From an uncultured Gemmatimonadales bacterium (lineage in GTDB: Bacteria > Gemmatimonadota > Gemmatimonadetes > Gemmatimonadales > Gemmatimonadaceae), in NCBI GenBank assembly GCA_963850905.1, contig CAWKMU010000003.1, positions 1,728,001-1,792,000 on the forward strand: a stretch of 64,000 nt of DNA, written 5' to 3'. The translations under genes were made by a program, and so were the position numbers. Positions 19,958 to 30,467 of the stretch are shown here, piece by piece. Below the pieces are notes generated by a model. That model made no database searches, had not been told where the DNA came from, and worked only from the letters and a program-made list of their open reading frames with translations. How positions within the stretch are numbered: position 1 is the first letter of the stretch; every line of letters starts with the position of its first letter.

Positions 19958-20923
19958 CTAGGCTGACACCGTCGCTGGCGGCTGATGCGGCGTGAGCCCG
20001 GTCCGTGACCGCGCGCGATGCACGCGGAGCGCCGCGACCCGGCGCCCGTCGACGGCGATCACCTCGAGCTCGCCCGACGGGAACGCCACGCGATCACCCA
20101 CGCGAGGGGCGCGACCGAGCTTCGCGAACGCATATCCGCCGATCGTCGTCCAATCTCCCTCGGGGATGGAGAGATCGTGGTCGGATCGCACGTCGATGAC
20201 TGACAATGTGCCCGCGAGCTCCAGCACGCCATCGGATTCGAGCAATGTGCGGGTCGCCGGGTCATACTCATCCGCGATGTCTCCAATCACCTGCTCGACC
20301 AGATCCTCCATCGTCACGATGCCGGCGGTCCCGCCGTACTCGTCGAGCACGATGGCCATCTGCGCTCGCGTGCGACGGAGGTCGTCGAGCACGAGCTCGG
20401 CGCGGCGAGTGGCCGGCACGTAGAGTGGCTCGCGAGTGTACCGTTGAATCGAGAAGGGCGTCCCCGGCTGATGGAGCAGCAGGTCCTTGGCGAGGAAAAT
20501 TCCCACGACGTCGTCGAGGCCCTCACGATAGACCGGGTATCGGGAATACCGTTCGCTGCAGAGCGCGGCACGCACCTCGGTCTCAGTCGCATCGATTGGC
20601 AGGGCGACGATCTCGGTCCGCGGACGCATGACGTCGTGAGCGCGCTTGTCGTGGAACTCAAAGACACCACTCAGCATAGAGGCTTCGCGGGCGTCGAGCG
20701 AGCCTCCGGCGCGGGCCTGCAGCACGAGAACCCGTAACTCGTCCAGGGTGAGCGACCGGACCCATCGGGCCGCCAGGACCGTCCCGACCGGGTGTAACAG
20801 TCGACGGACCACGCGGCCCACCGTGCGACGCAGAGTGGTGACAGCGACGACGATCAGGGCAACAAACCGCGTCGTTGTCCGGCGCGCAATTGACTGAAGC
20901 GACTGCAGTTGGGACTTGCGCAT
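19958..20923 (-). CDS. CBS-pair / CorC-HlyC transporter-associated (hemolysin-family) protein
   Basis: VMRPRTEI, YSRYPVY, DEYGGTAGIVTMEDLVE, TTIGGY. Confidence 0.85.
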   Translation of the reverse strand: MRKSQLQSLQSIARRTTTRFVALIVVAVTTLRRTVGRVVRRLLHPVGTVLAARWVRSLTLDELRVLVLQARAGGSLDAREASMLSGVFEFHDKRAHDVMRPRTEIVALPIDATETEVRAALCSERYSRYPVYREGLDDVVGIFLAKDLLLHQPGTPFSIQRYTREPLYVPATRRAELVLDDLRRTRAQMAIVLDEYGGTAGIVTMEDLVEQVIGDIADEYDPATRTLLESDGVLELAGTLSVIDVRSDHDLSIPEGDWTTIGGYAFAKLGRAPRVGDRVAFPSGELEVIAVDGRRVAALRVHRARSRTGLTPHQPPATVSA

Positions 20924-20978
20924 AGTGGTGGCGCGCGGAAACCGTTTCGCGCGCAACTCGTCTGAATGATACACCATA

Positions 20979-22946
20979 ATGGCTGACGGCGCGCCCCTCT
21001 CGCTCCCTGACCGGCTCGATTCAGTACCGCCCCGTCCGCTAGCGGGGACCGCGGTGCTGCCCCCGGGTCGCCGACTGCAACAGGCGATGCTGGATCCGCG
21101 CCGGATCATTCGTTGGGTCTACGTCGGGCGCTTCTCTGTAGCGACGGCCATCTTCCTCGCCGCGCAACTGGTGTGGGCCAGCGCGCCCTCCACCGACACC
21201 CGGATTGCGTCGCTCATCTTCGCGGTGACAATGGTCGTGACCGTCATCTCGGCAGCATACACCGAGGTGTACGGTGCGCCACCCCGTCGAACCTTTCTCT
21301 ACGGTCAGACCGTCTACGACCTCCTGCTCGTCACCGCGGTCGTGCACGTCACTGGCGGTGGTGCGTCGCAGTTCACGCTGTTCTACATCCTCGTCATTGC
21401 GACGGCCGCGCTCCTGCTGCCGATGGGCGGCGGGCTACTCATCGCGCTCCTGGGGATCGTGTGTTACTTCGCCGAGGTCTTGTGGTTGAGTGACACCGCT
21501 CCCGATCTCGGCGTGTGGTTGCAACTGCTGGTGTTCGCGATGGTTGCGCTCGCCTGTGGCTACATCAGCGCGCGACTGCAGGAAGCCGAGGAAGGGACCG
21601 CCGCTGAGTTGGTATTCGTTCGACTCCAGGCCGAAGACATTCTCCGGAACATTCGCAGCGGCATCGTCACGATCGACGAAAACGGGGTGCTCCTGTACGC
21701 CAATCCGGCCGCGAGCGCTCTGCTCGGCATCCCCTTCTCCGATCTCATCGGGACGCCGATCCTGAATCGGGTGTTTGAAGTCGCACCCATCGTCGCCCGT
21801 GCGCTCCAGCGGGCCGTCACGGACCGACTACGCACGACACGGGCAGAGGACGTCGTGCAGTTCGGCGACCACGCGTTCCCGATCGGCGTCACGACCACGT
21901 TCGCTGATGGCGACACCGGCGGCCACGGTCGTACGGCTACCGCCATCTTCCAGGACATCGCAGGCCAGAAGCGCCTGGAGAGTCTGCATCTCCGGGCGGG
22001 CCGCCTGGAAGCGATCGCGGAGCTCGGCGCCTCGCTCGCCCACGAGATCAAGAACCCCCTCGCGTCGATTCGCAGCGCCGTCGAGCAACTCACGCGCATG
22101 ATCGAGCCGACCACCGGTCCGCTCGCGGGGCGCGGCCGCGAGACGGGTGACGCGCCGGCCCGTGGCCGGTCGGCGGGCCTGAACCGCACACGCGGGATGG
22201 GTGTCGGGAGACACCAGTCATCGCTGTCGCGCCGACGTCGGGTGAGCGCTTCCGTCGCGGCGCGCGATCCAAAGGAGGAGGCGGCCGCATCGACGGGCGC
22301 CGACGACGACACGCGCACGCTTGGAGCGCTGATTGTACGCGAAACGGACCGGCTGTCGCGTCTGCTCAGCGAGTTCCTCGACTTCGCGCGTGTGCGCGTC
22401 ACCCGGACGTCACCGGTCAACGTGTCGGCGCTGGCCCGCGGCGCGGCGAGCCTGGTCGCGGCCCATCCCAATGTCAAACAGGGCCTGCGGGTGAACTGTG
22501 TCACACCGGAGGGCCCAGTCGTCATCGACGGCGATGAGGACCTTCTTCACCGAGCAGTTTTCAATCTCGCGCTCAATGCGGTGCAGGCCGCGCCGCAGGG
22601 CGGAGAAGTGTGCATCGAAGTGCAGACCTTGACAGTGGATCAGGTACCGATGGGCGTCAACGACGCGGCGTTCGAGGCGGGCGCGATCGCTCTTCGCGTG
22701 TCCGATGACGGGCCGGGCATTCCCCTGGAGATTCGTGATCGGCTGTTCGAGCCATTTGCCACCACGAAGCCGGGCGGGACCGGTCTGGGGTTGTCGGTCG
22801 TCTATCGCGCCATCGAAGCGCATCGCGGGTTGGTGCTGGTCGACTCCGGTGGCGACTTCACGGGGACGCGCATCACTGTCCTGATCCCGCTCCGCCGGCC
22901 AGACGACACGACCGCGACGGCAGGCAGCGCGGAGGCCGCCGCATGA
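20979..22946 (+). CDS. pilS: PilS-like membrane sensor histidine kinase (TM, PAS, HisKA, HATPase)
   Basis: H-box LAHEIKNPL, NAVQA, DDGPG, GTGLGL; coupled to an NtrC-type regulator in a pilus locus. Confidence 0.8.
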   Translation: MADGAPLSLPDRLDSVPPRPLAGTAVLPPGRRLQQAMLDPRRIIRWVYVGRFSVATAIFLAAQLVWASAPSTDTRIASLIFAVTMVVTVISAAYTEVYGAPPRRTFLYGQTVYDLLLVTAVVHVTGGGASQFTLFYILVIATAALLLPMGGGLLIALLGIVCYFAEVLWLSDTAPDLGVWLQLLVFAMVALACGYISARLQEAEEGTAAELVFVRLQAEDILRNIRSGIVTIDENGVLLYANPAASALLGIPFSDLIGTPILNRVFEVAPIVARALQRAVTDRLRTTRAEDVVQFGDHAFPIGVTTTFADGDTGGHGRTATAIFQDIAGQKRLESLHLRAGRLEAIAELGASLAHEIKNPLASIRSAVEQLTRMIEPTTGPLAGRGRETGDAPARGRSAGLNRTRGMGVGRHQSSLSRRRRVSASVAARDPKEEAAASTGADDDTRTLGALIVRETDRLSRLLSEFLDFARVRVTRTSPVNVSALARGAASLVAAHPNVKQGLRVNCVTPEGPVVIDGDEDLLHRAVFNLALNAVQAAPQGGEVCIEVQTLTVDQVPMGVNDAAFEAGAIALRVSDDGPGIPLEIRDRLFEPFATTKPGGTGLGLSVVYRAIEAHRGLVLVDSGGDFTGTRITVLIPLRRPDDTTATAGSAEAAA

Positions 22947-24316
22947 GCGCCAACGGCCAGCCGACCGTGCTTGTCATCGACGACGAGATGGGCATTCTCG
23001 AGTCGCTCCGGATCCTCCTCAAGAACGAGGGATTCAGTCCCACGATCGCCAACGGTGGGAAGCAGGGGCTCGAGCAGATCGAAGAGCTTCGGCCGGATAT
23101 CATCTTGAGTGATGTCCGGATGCCTTCGGTGAGCGGCGTGCAGGTCCTGAGCGCCGCGCGAGCGCAAGATCCCGACGTGCCGGTCATCCTCATGACGGCG
23201 CAAGCGACCCTGCAGTCGGCAATGCAGGCGGTCAACGAAGGGGCGTTCTACTACATCCAAAAGCCGTTCCGCAACGATGAGATGCTCGCCATTCTCCGAC
23301 GGGCAGCCGAGCATCGAAAACTGCGTGTCGAGAACCGGTCCCTGCGACAGGAGATCACTCGACGGGAACGGACATCGTCCAATCGGCCTGTCGGGAGCAG
23401 CAAGTCCTGGCTCGACATCGTCCAGCTCGCGGAGACGGTTGCGCCGACCGAGTCCACCATCCTGATCCAGGGCGAGTCGGGCACCGGGAAAGAGGTCATT
23501 GCGAGGTACATCCACCAGTTGTCGCTGCGCACGGATGGTCCGTTTCTCTCCATCAACTGCGGCGCGCTCCCTGAGAGCCTGCTCGAGTCCGAGCTCTTCG
23601 GCCACGTGAAGGGCTCGTTCACCGGCGCGGTCAGGGACAAGAGCGGATTGTTCACCGCGGCGGCGGGCGGCACGTTCTTCCTGGACGAAATCGGCGAGAC
23701 CACACCGGCGACCCAGGTGAAGCTGCTGCGCGTCCTCCAACACCGTGAGGTCATTCCGGTCGGGGCGACAGAAGCCATCCCGATCGACACGCGCCTCGTC
23801 GCGGCGACGAATCGTGATCTCGAGGAAGAGATCAAACGGGGCGCGTTCCGCAGCGACCTGTTCTATCGACTCAACGTCATCGCGCTGCACCTGCCGCCGC
23901 TGCGCGAGCGACGCGATGACATCCCGCTGCTCGTCGATTTGTTCCTGCACCGGGCGTCGGAAGCTCGGGGCGAGCCGGCGAAGCAGGTCAGCACAGCGGC
24001 GCTCGATGTGCTACAGGGCTTCAACTGGCCAGGCAACGTGCGAGAGCTCGAGAATGCCCTCGAGCGCGCGGTGATTCTGACCGCTGGCCCGATCATCGAT
24101 GTCAACGTGCTACCGGAACGGATCACGGAGCGGCGCGCCGAGCCACTCGTCTCGGAGCGCATGCGGACGAATCCGACGCTCGAGGCAATCGAGCGGGCGT
24201 ACATTCTGTGGGTTCTCCAGAGCGAGGGCGGGAACAAGACCCGGGCGGCCGACGTGCTGGGTATCGACCCATCGACGCTGTATCGGAAACTGTCGCGGTT
24301 TGGGGTCGAGGCGTGA
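22943..24316 (+). CDS. pilR: Sigma-54-dependent response regulator PilR (NtrC family)
   Basis: Receiver domain, GESGTGKE, ELFGHVKGSFTGA, WPGNVRELEN, Fis-type HTH. Confidence 0.85.
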   Translation: MSANGQPTVLVIDDEMGILESLRILLKNEGFSPTIANGGKQGLEQIEELRPDIILSDVRMPSVSGVQVLSAARAQDPDVPVILMTAQATLQSAMQAVNEGAFYYIQKPFRNDEMLAILRRAAEHRKLRVENRSLRQEITRRERTSSNRPVGSSKSWLDIVQLAETVAPTESTILIQGESGTGKEVIARYIHQLSLRTDGPFLSINCGALPESLLESELFGHVKGSFTGAVRDKSGLFTAAAGGTFFLDEIGETTPATQVKLLRVLQHREVIPVGATEAIPIDTRLVAATNRDLEEEIKRGAFRSDLFYRLNVIALHLPPLRERRDDIPLLVDLFLHRASEARGEPAKQVSTAALDVLQGFNWPGNVRELENALERAVILTAGPIIDVNVLPERITERRAEPLVSERMRTNPTLEAIERAYILWVLQSEGGNKTRAADVLGIDPSTLYRKLSRFGVEA

Positions 24317-25953
24317 CACGTCGGGCGACGCCTACGTCGCCCCTACACGCCGTTCCCCGATCGCGGCTCGGCGTGCCGCGGTCATGGGCGGCCGCTGCGC
24401 TCGTCGGCGCCGTGACACTGGCAGTCGCACTGTCGACCGTCAGCCCCTATCTGGTCGGCGCATTTCAGGATGATGCGATCTACGTGATTCTGGGCCGCGC
24501 ACTCGCGACCGGCGCGGGCTACCGCTATGTGCACCTGCCCGGCGCGCCGCCGGCCGTGCACTACCCTCCCGGCTATCCCGTGTTCTTATCCCTGCTGTGG
24601 CGGGTCGCGCCCAACTTTCCCGACAACGTCGTGACCTTCGAGCGCGCCGATGCGGTGCTGCTCGCGGTGGCGGCGGTCCTGGGGTTCGAGTTGGCCAAGC
24701 GCCGCGCCGGGCTCTCGACCATGTGGAGTGCCGTCGTCGCACTCGCTGGCACGATCAGCATCCTCCCGCTCGCGTTCGCATCGATGGTGCTGTCCGAATC
24801 GCTCTTCCTGGTCGTGTTGCTCGCTGCCCTCCTGGCCGCAGAGGCGATCGCCGCCCGTCCAGCAGAAGATGCGGTTCCGTCTCCCTCCTCCTCTCTCGTC
24901 TCTCCTCTCTACGCACGCGCAGCGGCCGTCGGGTTGCTCTGCGGATCCGTCGCGCTCGTCCGCAGTATCGGCATCATGATCGTGCCAGCCGCTCTCGCCG
25001 TGTGTGCATGGCGCGGTCGATGGAAATCGGCCGCGGCGCTCGCCCTTGGTGCGGCGGTGGTGCTCGTCCCGTGGCAGGTGTGGGTGTGGTCACACACGCG
25101 TGAGCTCGCGCCGATGCTCCAGGGTGAATACGGGCCGTACGCGACGTGGGTGACGGCGGCTCTGCACCGCCGCGGCCTCGGCTTTGCAATGCGCACGGTC
25201 ACGGGTAATTCGCTGGACGCCGCACAGACACTGGGCGCCATAGTCGCGACACGCTTGCCCAACCCGATTCGGTGGGCAGCGGTCGTGACGTGGTTGGCAT
25301 TGCTGGCTGCTGGGATGGGATGGCTGGTCCGGCGGACGACCGTAACAGTGATCTTTTGCCTACTGTACGTCGGGGCCGTTTTGCTGTGGCCGTTTCCTCC
25401 TCACCGGTTCATCTCAGCCATCTGGCTCCTTATCATGATGGCACTGGTAGCAGGTGTCGTGGCGGTCGCGCAGTGGCGGCCGGAGCTCCCGCTCAGCCGC
25501 TGTATGCGCACGGTCGCCCTGGCGCTCGTCGTCTTGCTCGGTGTGGGCACCCTGAGATACAACATCATTGGATACCGACACGGTTGGTGGGGACTGATGC
25601 GGGAGAGTCTGACGACACGCGTGGCACGACCGCTCGACTGGCTGGTGGCGCATCCGGCCCTCCCGGGGCCGACGATGAGCTCGGTCGAACCGTCTCTGTA
25701 CCTCTATGCTCACCGGTCAGGCCTGCCGTGTAGCCCGTTCACCGCCGACGATTACGTGTACCCGCGGGACACCGCGCAAGACCGCGCCACGCTGGCTGCC
25801 GCGTTGCGCCGCCACCGCGTGGGATCCATCATCGCGACCGATCCCGTGTGCGCCCTCGCGGCGTCTCGCTTGGCGGCCGAGCCGGCGCCGTTGCTCACGG
25901 CGGTCGACACATCTGCCGCCGGCCTGGCCGTTTTCGTTCGTACATCACAATGA
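24313..25953 (+). CDS. Polytopic GT-C-type (ArnT/PMT-like) membrane glycosyltransferase
   Basis: TM1 followed by acidic FQDDAIY, YPPGYP, VLSE; many TM helices; GTGA overlap with pilR. Confidence 0.65.
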   Translation: MTRRATPTSPLHAVPRSRLGVPRSWAAAALVGAVTLAVALSTVSPYLVGAFQDDAIYVILGRALATGAGYRYVHLPGAPPAVHYPPGYPVFLSLLWRVAPNFPDNVVTFERADAVLLAVAAVLGFELAKRRAGLSTMWSAVVALAGTISILPLAFASMVLSESLFLVVLLAALLAAEAIAARPAEDAVPSPSSSLVSPLYARAAAVGLLCGSVALVRSIGIMIVPAALAVCAWRGRWKSAAALALGAAVVLVPWQVWVWSHTRELAPMLQGEYGPYATWVTAALHRRGLGFAMRTVTGNSLDAAQTLGAIVATRLPNPIRWAAVVTWLALLAAGMGWLVRRTTVTVIFCLLYVGAVLLWPFPPHRFISAIWLLIMMALVAGVVAVAQWRPELPLSRCMRTVALALVVLLGVGTLRYNIIGYRHGWWGLMRESLTTRVARPLDWLVAHPALPGPTMSSVEPSLYLYAHRSGLPCSPFTADDYVYPRDTAQDRATLAAALRRHRVGSIIATDPVCALAASRLAAEPAPLLTAVDTSAAGLAVFVRTSQ

Positions 25954-26771
25954 CCGACATACGCCAACCATCGACACCGACCGCCGGCGAGCCGACGATA
26001 GACGTCCGCGCGCCACTGGCGCACCGTGACTCCGGGGGCCGCATGCCGCGGCTTCGCGGGCGCACTCCACTCGCTCGTGACGAGCTCCGATTGTCCGTGC
26101 TCATCCCGGTGTACAATGAGCGCCAAACCATCGGGCTGATTCTCGATCAGGTCCACGCGGTGCCGGTGGCCAAGGAAGTGATTTGCGTCAACGATCACTC
26201 GACCGACGGGACAGCGGAGATCCTGGATCGTCTTGCCGCGGCCGGCAAGATCGACCGCCTCATCCATCACCCGGCAAACCGGGGGAAGGGAGCGGCCATC
26301 CGAACCGCACTCGCGGCCAGTACCGGCAATGTCGTTATCGTGCAGGACGCGGACCTGGAGTACGACCCCGCAGACTGGCCCGCTTTGCTCGAGCCGATCA
26401 TCGAAGGCCAAGCTGATGCGGTGTTTGGCTCCCGATTCCTCGGCGGTCCGCATCGCGTGCTGTACTTCTGGCACTCGATCGGGAATGGGGTGCTCACGAT
26501 GTTCAGCAACATGTTTACGAACCTGAACCTGACCGACATGGAGACGTGTTACAAAGCGGTTCGCGGCGAAATTGCGCGCGGACTGGCTCTCACGTCGGAT
26601 CGCTTCGGGTTCGAACCGGAGATCACGGCCCGGTTGGCCCGATCCGGCGCCCGCATCTTCGAGGTGCCCATCAGCTATTCGGGTCGCACCTACGCCGAGG
26701 GCAAGAAGATCGGTTGGCGGGACGGCCTCGCGGCCGTCTGGCACATCGTGAAGTTCAACGTGTTCGACTGA
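25950..26771 (+). CDS. GT2 polyprenol-phosphate glycosyltransferase (DPM1-like)
   Basis: IPVYNE, NDHSTDGT, NRGKGAA, QDADLEYDP, GSRF, DMETCYK, FGFEPEIT. Confidence 0.9.
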   Translation: MTDIRQPSTPTAGEPTIDVRAPLAHRDSGGRMPRLRGRTPLARDELRLSVLIPVYNERQTIGLILDQVHAVPVAKEVICVNDHSTDGTAEILDRLAAAGKIDRLIHHPANRGKGAAIRTALAASTGNVVIVQDADLEYDPADWPALLEPIIEGQADAVFGSRFLGGPHRVLYFWHSIGNGVLTMFSNMFTNLNLTDMETCYKAVRGEIARGLALTSDRFGFEPEITARLARSGARIFEVPISYSGRTYAEGKKIGWRDGLAAVWHIVKFNVFD

Positions 26772-26851
26772 CGGGTGGCGTGACCTGCGTTGGGTGGCGC
26801 AGGGCGCCACCCAACGTGTTTCGCGGGCCTCGCGACACGCGTCCCGATCGT

Positions 26852-28582
26852 GTGATCGCGAACGACCAGCCGACTGGCGGTAGGGAGGATCGCGGGGGCA
26901 CTATACCCTCTGCGGACCGGTGCGCCGCGGCGTGGCACCTCCGAGGGGCGGGGTCGATTGTCATACTTGCGGCCATCGCTGCCGCAGGCGTCTTCGCCAA
27001 CGCCTATACCGGCGATGATCACTGGATCATCGAGCACAACGCGCGGCTACATGATCTCTCGCACGCTTGGCGGCTCTTGGGCCAGTCCTACTGGCCACCA
27101 GAGAATGGTGTCGGCGACTATCGCCCGGTCACGATGCTCGGCTTCGCGCTCGAGTGGGCGATTGGTCACGGCGCGCCGTGGGCGGTGCATGCGGGTGGCC
27201 TCGTGCTCTACGTGTGTGTCGCGCTCGCGTTCTGGCGGTTGGCCACGCGCGTCCTCGATCGACATGTCGCATGGGCGGCGGCCGCGCTCTTCGCTGTGCA
27301 TCCCGTCCACGCCGATGTAACGGCGAACGGGGTCGGGCAGGCGGAGCTGTGGACCGCGTTGTGGGTGATCGTAGGCGTGACCTGGTATCTCGACTGGCGT
27401 CGCGGGCCGGCGCCAACCACGTGGTCGGCGCGTCGACTCGGCGCGTTGGCCGGCGTCTACCTCTTGCCTGCGCATCGAAGGAGCACGGCGTGGTATTCCC
27501 GCTCCTGCTCGCGGCGGCCGAAGTCACCATCATTTCGCGAAACCAGGACCGCGCGTCCCCGGCCCTGACGTGGGTGCACTTGCTCCGACCGGCCGCCACT
27601 CTCGGGCTGACGGGCGCGGGTTATATCGTCATGCGGTGGATCGTGACCGGATCGTTGCGCGGGGATTCACCCACGTTCGTCCTGGCGCACGCGCCGTTCG
27701 CAATGCGGCTGTGCACGATGCTGGGAGCCCTGCCGACGATTCTCTCGCTCCTCGTCTGGCCAGCGCACCAGGCGGTCGAGTACATGCCACAGGCCCTCGC
27801 CGTACATCACAGCTTCGATATCGCACTCCTCTGGCCCGCAGCGCTCCTCGCATCACTGATCAGCGCTGCGGTCGCTGCCCGCCGAAGCGCGCCCGTCGTG
27901 ACGTTTGGTATCATGTGGACCGCGCTCACTCGACTGCCTGCAAGCAACATCCTCATGCCGACGGGGATCGTGCTCGCGCCTCGAGTGCTGTTCCTCCCGA
28001 GCGTGGGAGCCGTTCTCGCTGCGGGAGGCGTCATCGCATGGCTTGCCGGTCGGTTGACCCGCGTTCGCTGGGGCGTACCGCTGTGGCGAGCGGTTACGGC
28101 TACCGGTCTCCCGCTACTCCTGGTCCTGGGTGTCTGGGCGAGCGAATCGCGCGTTCGCGTGTGGCGGGATGACCTGACACTCGTGTCGCGAACAGCGGTC
28201 GACGCGCCGCGAAGCTACCTGGCACGTTACCAATGGGGGCGGGCCCTGTTTCAGCTGGGGCGTTCAGCCGAGGGCGAGCGGGAGATGCGCGCGGCGATCG
28301 CTTTGTTTCCCGGCGATCCACGCCCCTACATCGACCTGGCATTCTGCGTACAGTCGAGCAAGGATATGCGCTCCGGCGATGGTCCTGTATCGGCAAGCGC
28401 TCGCAGTTTTGGCTTCGCGGCCCGATGCACACGCCGGACTCGCAGAGTGTCTCGCCCGCACCGGTGACTCCGGCGGTGCAAGATCGCAGGCCCGAATCGC
28501 GCTAGCGTATGGTGTCGATCGTGCAGCGATGCGCGCGATCGTCGCGGCGGCCGATAGCTCGGATCGAGCGACAACGCGGTAG
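26852..28582 (+). CDS. TMTC-like GT-C membrane protein with C-terminal TPR (copy 1; frameshifts near 27465 and 28342)
   Basis: YTGDD, YRP, FAVHPVHAD, SKE, LAPRVLFLPS, W..D..L, TPR-like helices; start uncertain. Confidence 0.75.
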
Positions 28583-28630
28583 GCGCCCCGCGCCGTGCCG
28601 CGGCGGCGCGCTCACGCGTCCGGTACTGGG

Positions 28631-30467
28631 ATGAGCTCTGATATGGAGGGGCAGCACCGGCCCACCGCGACGCGCAAGGCCGGGCTGCTGACACGGCGCG
28701 TCGATGTCCGTGCCGGCGCCACAATCGCGCTGCTCGCGACGATGTCGGCGGCGACCAGCGTGGCCAATGGGTTTGCGTACGACGACCGGCTGCTGATCCT
28801 CAACAATCCACGAGTCCATCATCTGGCGCGCATCGCGCGGCTGTGGGCTCAGACGTACTGGCCGCCGTGGATGGGAGCCGGATTGTACCGTCCGTTGACG
28901 ATGTCGGCGTTCGTCATGGAGTGGTCGATCGGTCGCGGCGCGCCGTGGGTGTTTCACGCCACGAACCTGGCGCTGTACATCGCGGTATGTGCCCTGGTCT
29001 ACAGTTTGGCGAAGCTCGTGCTGCCACCCGCCGGAGCATGGGTCGCGGCCGCGCTCTTCGCCGTCCACCCGGTCCACGTCGAAGCCGTGGGGAATGTCGT
29101 CGGGCAGTCGGAGTTGTGGGCGGCGTGCGGCGTCCTCGCCGCTGTCGTCGCGTTCGTCCGGTGGCGTCGGTCCGCGATGGCCCGCTGGCCTTCGGCGACG
29201 CACGTGGGGCCGGCAGGTATTGCGGAGCCTGAATCACATGGGCGAAGGGTGGCAACGGACCTGAGCCACCAGCTCGGCGCCGAGAATCTGGGCGGAGTGC
29301 GCCACCAGATCGTCCTCGTCGCCCTCGTCCTCGGCGCGTGTCTCGCCAAAGAACATGCGGTGGTCACGCCGGCCTTGCTGGTGCTCGCAGAAGTCCTGCT
29401 GGTCGAGGACCCGCGCCCGTGGCGCGAACGGTGGCGTGCGCTCAGGCCGTTCGCGCTATTGCTCGGCTTCGCCGTGCTGGCGTATGTCGTCGCCCGTGCG
29501 CATGTCATCGGGAATTGGGCGGGCGATCGTCCGAACGTCGTGCTCGAACATTCTGTCTCCAGCGGCACGTCGCTGGACAATGCTCGGTCTCGTGAGCGAC
29601 TGGATACGGCTGTTGGTCTGGCCCGCGCGCCTGGTCGTCGAATACGCGCCCCGCGACGTCGCGATCCACGAGCACTTCGACCTCTCGTTACTGCCCAACG
29701 CCGTATTGCTCGCCGTCGTCCTCGCGCTCGCCGCCATCTCGGTGCGGCGACGCACGCTGGCCGGTTTCGCACTGCTCTGGATCGCGGTGACCCTGTTGCT
29801 CGTCAGCAATCTCATCGTGCCGACAGGGATTCTGCTCGCGGAACGTACGCTGTTCCTGCCGAGCGTAGGCGCGGCACTTCTGGCGGGCGACGTCTTCACC
29901 AGGCTCGCCGCCCGTTTTGGTACGGCACCGGTTTCGGGCTCGGCGCGTGCGTACCGGCGCCATCTCGCTCTCGCGGCCGCCATCGCCGTGCTGCTCGTGG
30001 TGGGTGCGTGGCGCAGCGCCCGGCGGCAGCTCGTGTGGCGAAGCAACGCCGCGCTCTTTGCCCAAGCTCCACTGGACGCGCCCCTGAGCTACCGGGCACA
30101 CGACGTCTACGCTGGTTTGCTGTTCGATCGCGGTGACAATATCGGCGGCGAGCGCGAGGCCAGAATCGCCCTGGCGTTGTATCCACACGATCCGGTCCTG
30201 TATCGAGACCTCGCGCAAGAGTACATGCACGCGGGCTTGTGCCAGCCGGCTATCCCGCTGCTCCGGCGATCCATCGAGGAACCCGCGTCAGTGGAGACGG
30301 ACGCGCACCTCCTGTTGGCGGAGTGTCTGTTGGCGGTGCACGATCCCGCGTCTGCGCGGCTCGAGGTGCTTCGAGGCGTGGCACAGGGGCGCTACGTGTA
30401 CTATGGCGCCGGTTACCACAAGCTGTTGATGGCCATCGACAGCGCGACCCGGAGCGCGCCACGGTGA
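28631..30467 (+). CDS. TMTC-like GT-C membrane protein with C-terminal TPR (copy 2; frameshift near 29551)
   Basis: NGFAYDD, YRPL, FAVHPVHVEAV, AKE, LAERTLFLPS, TPR-like tail. Confidence 0.8.
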
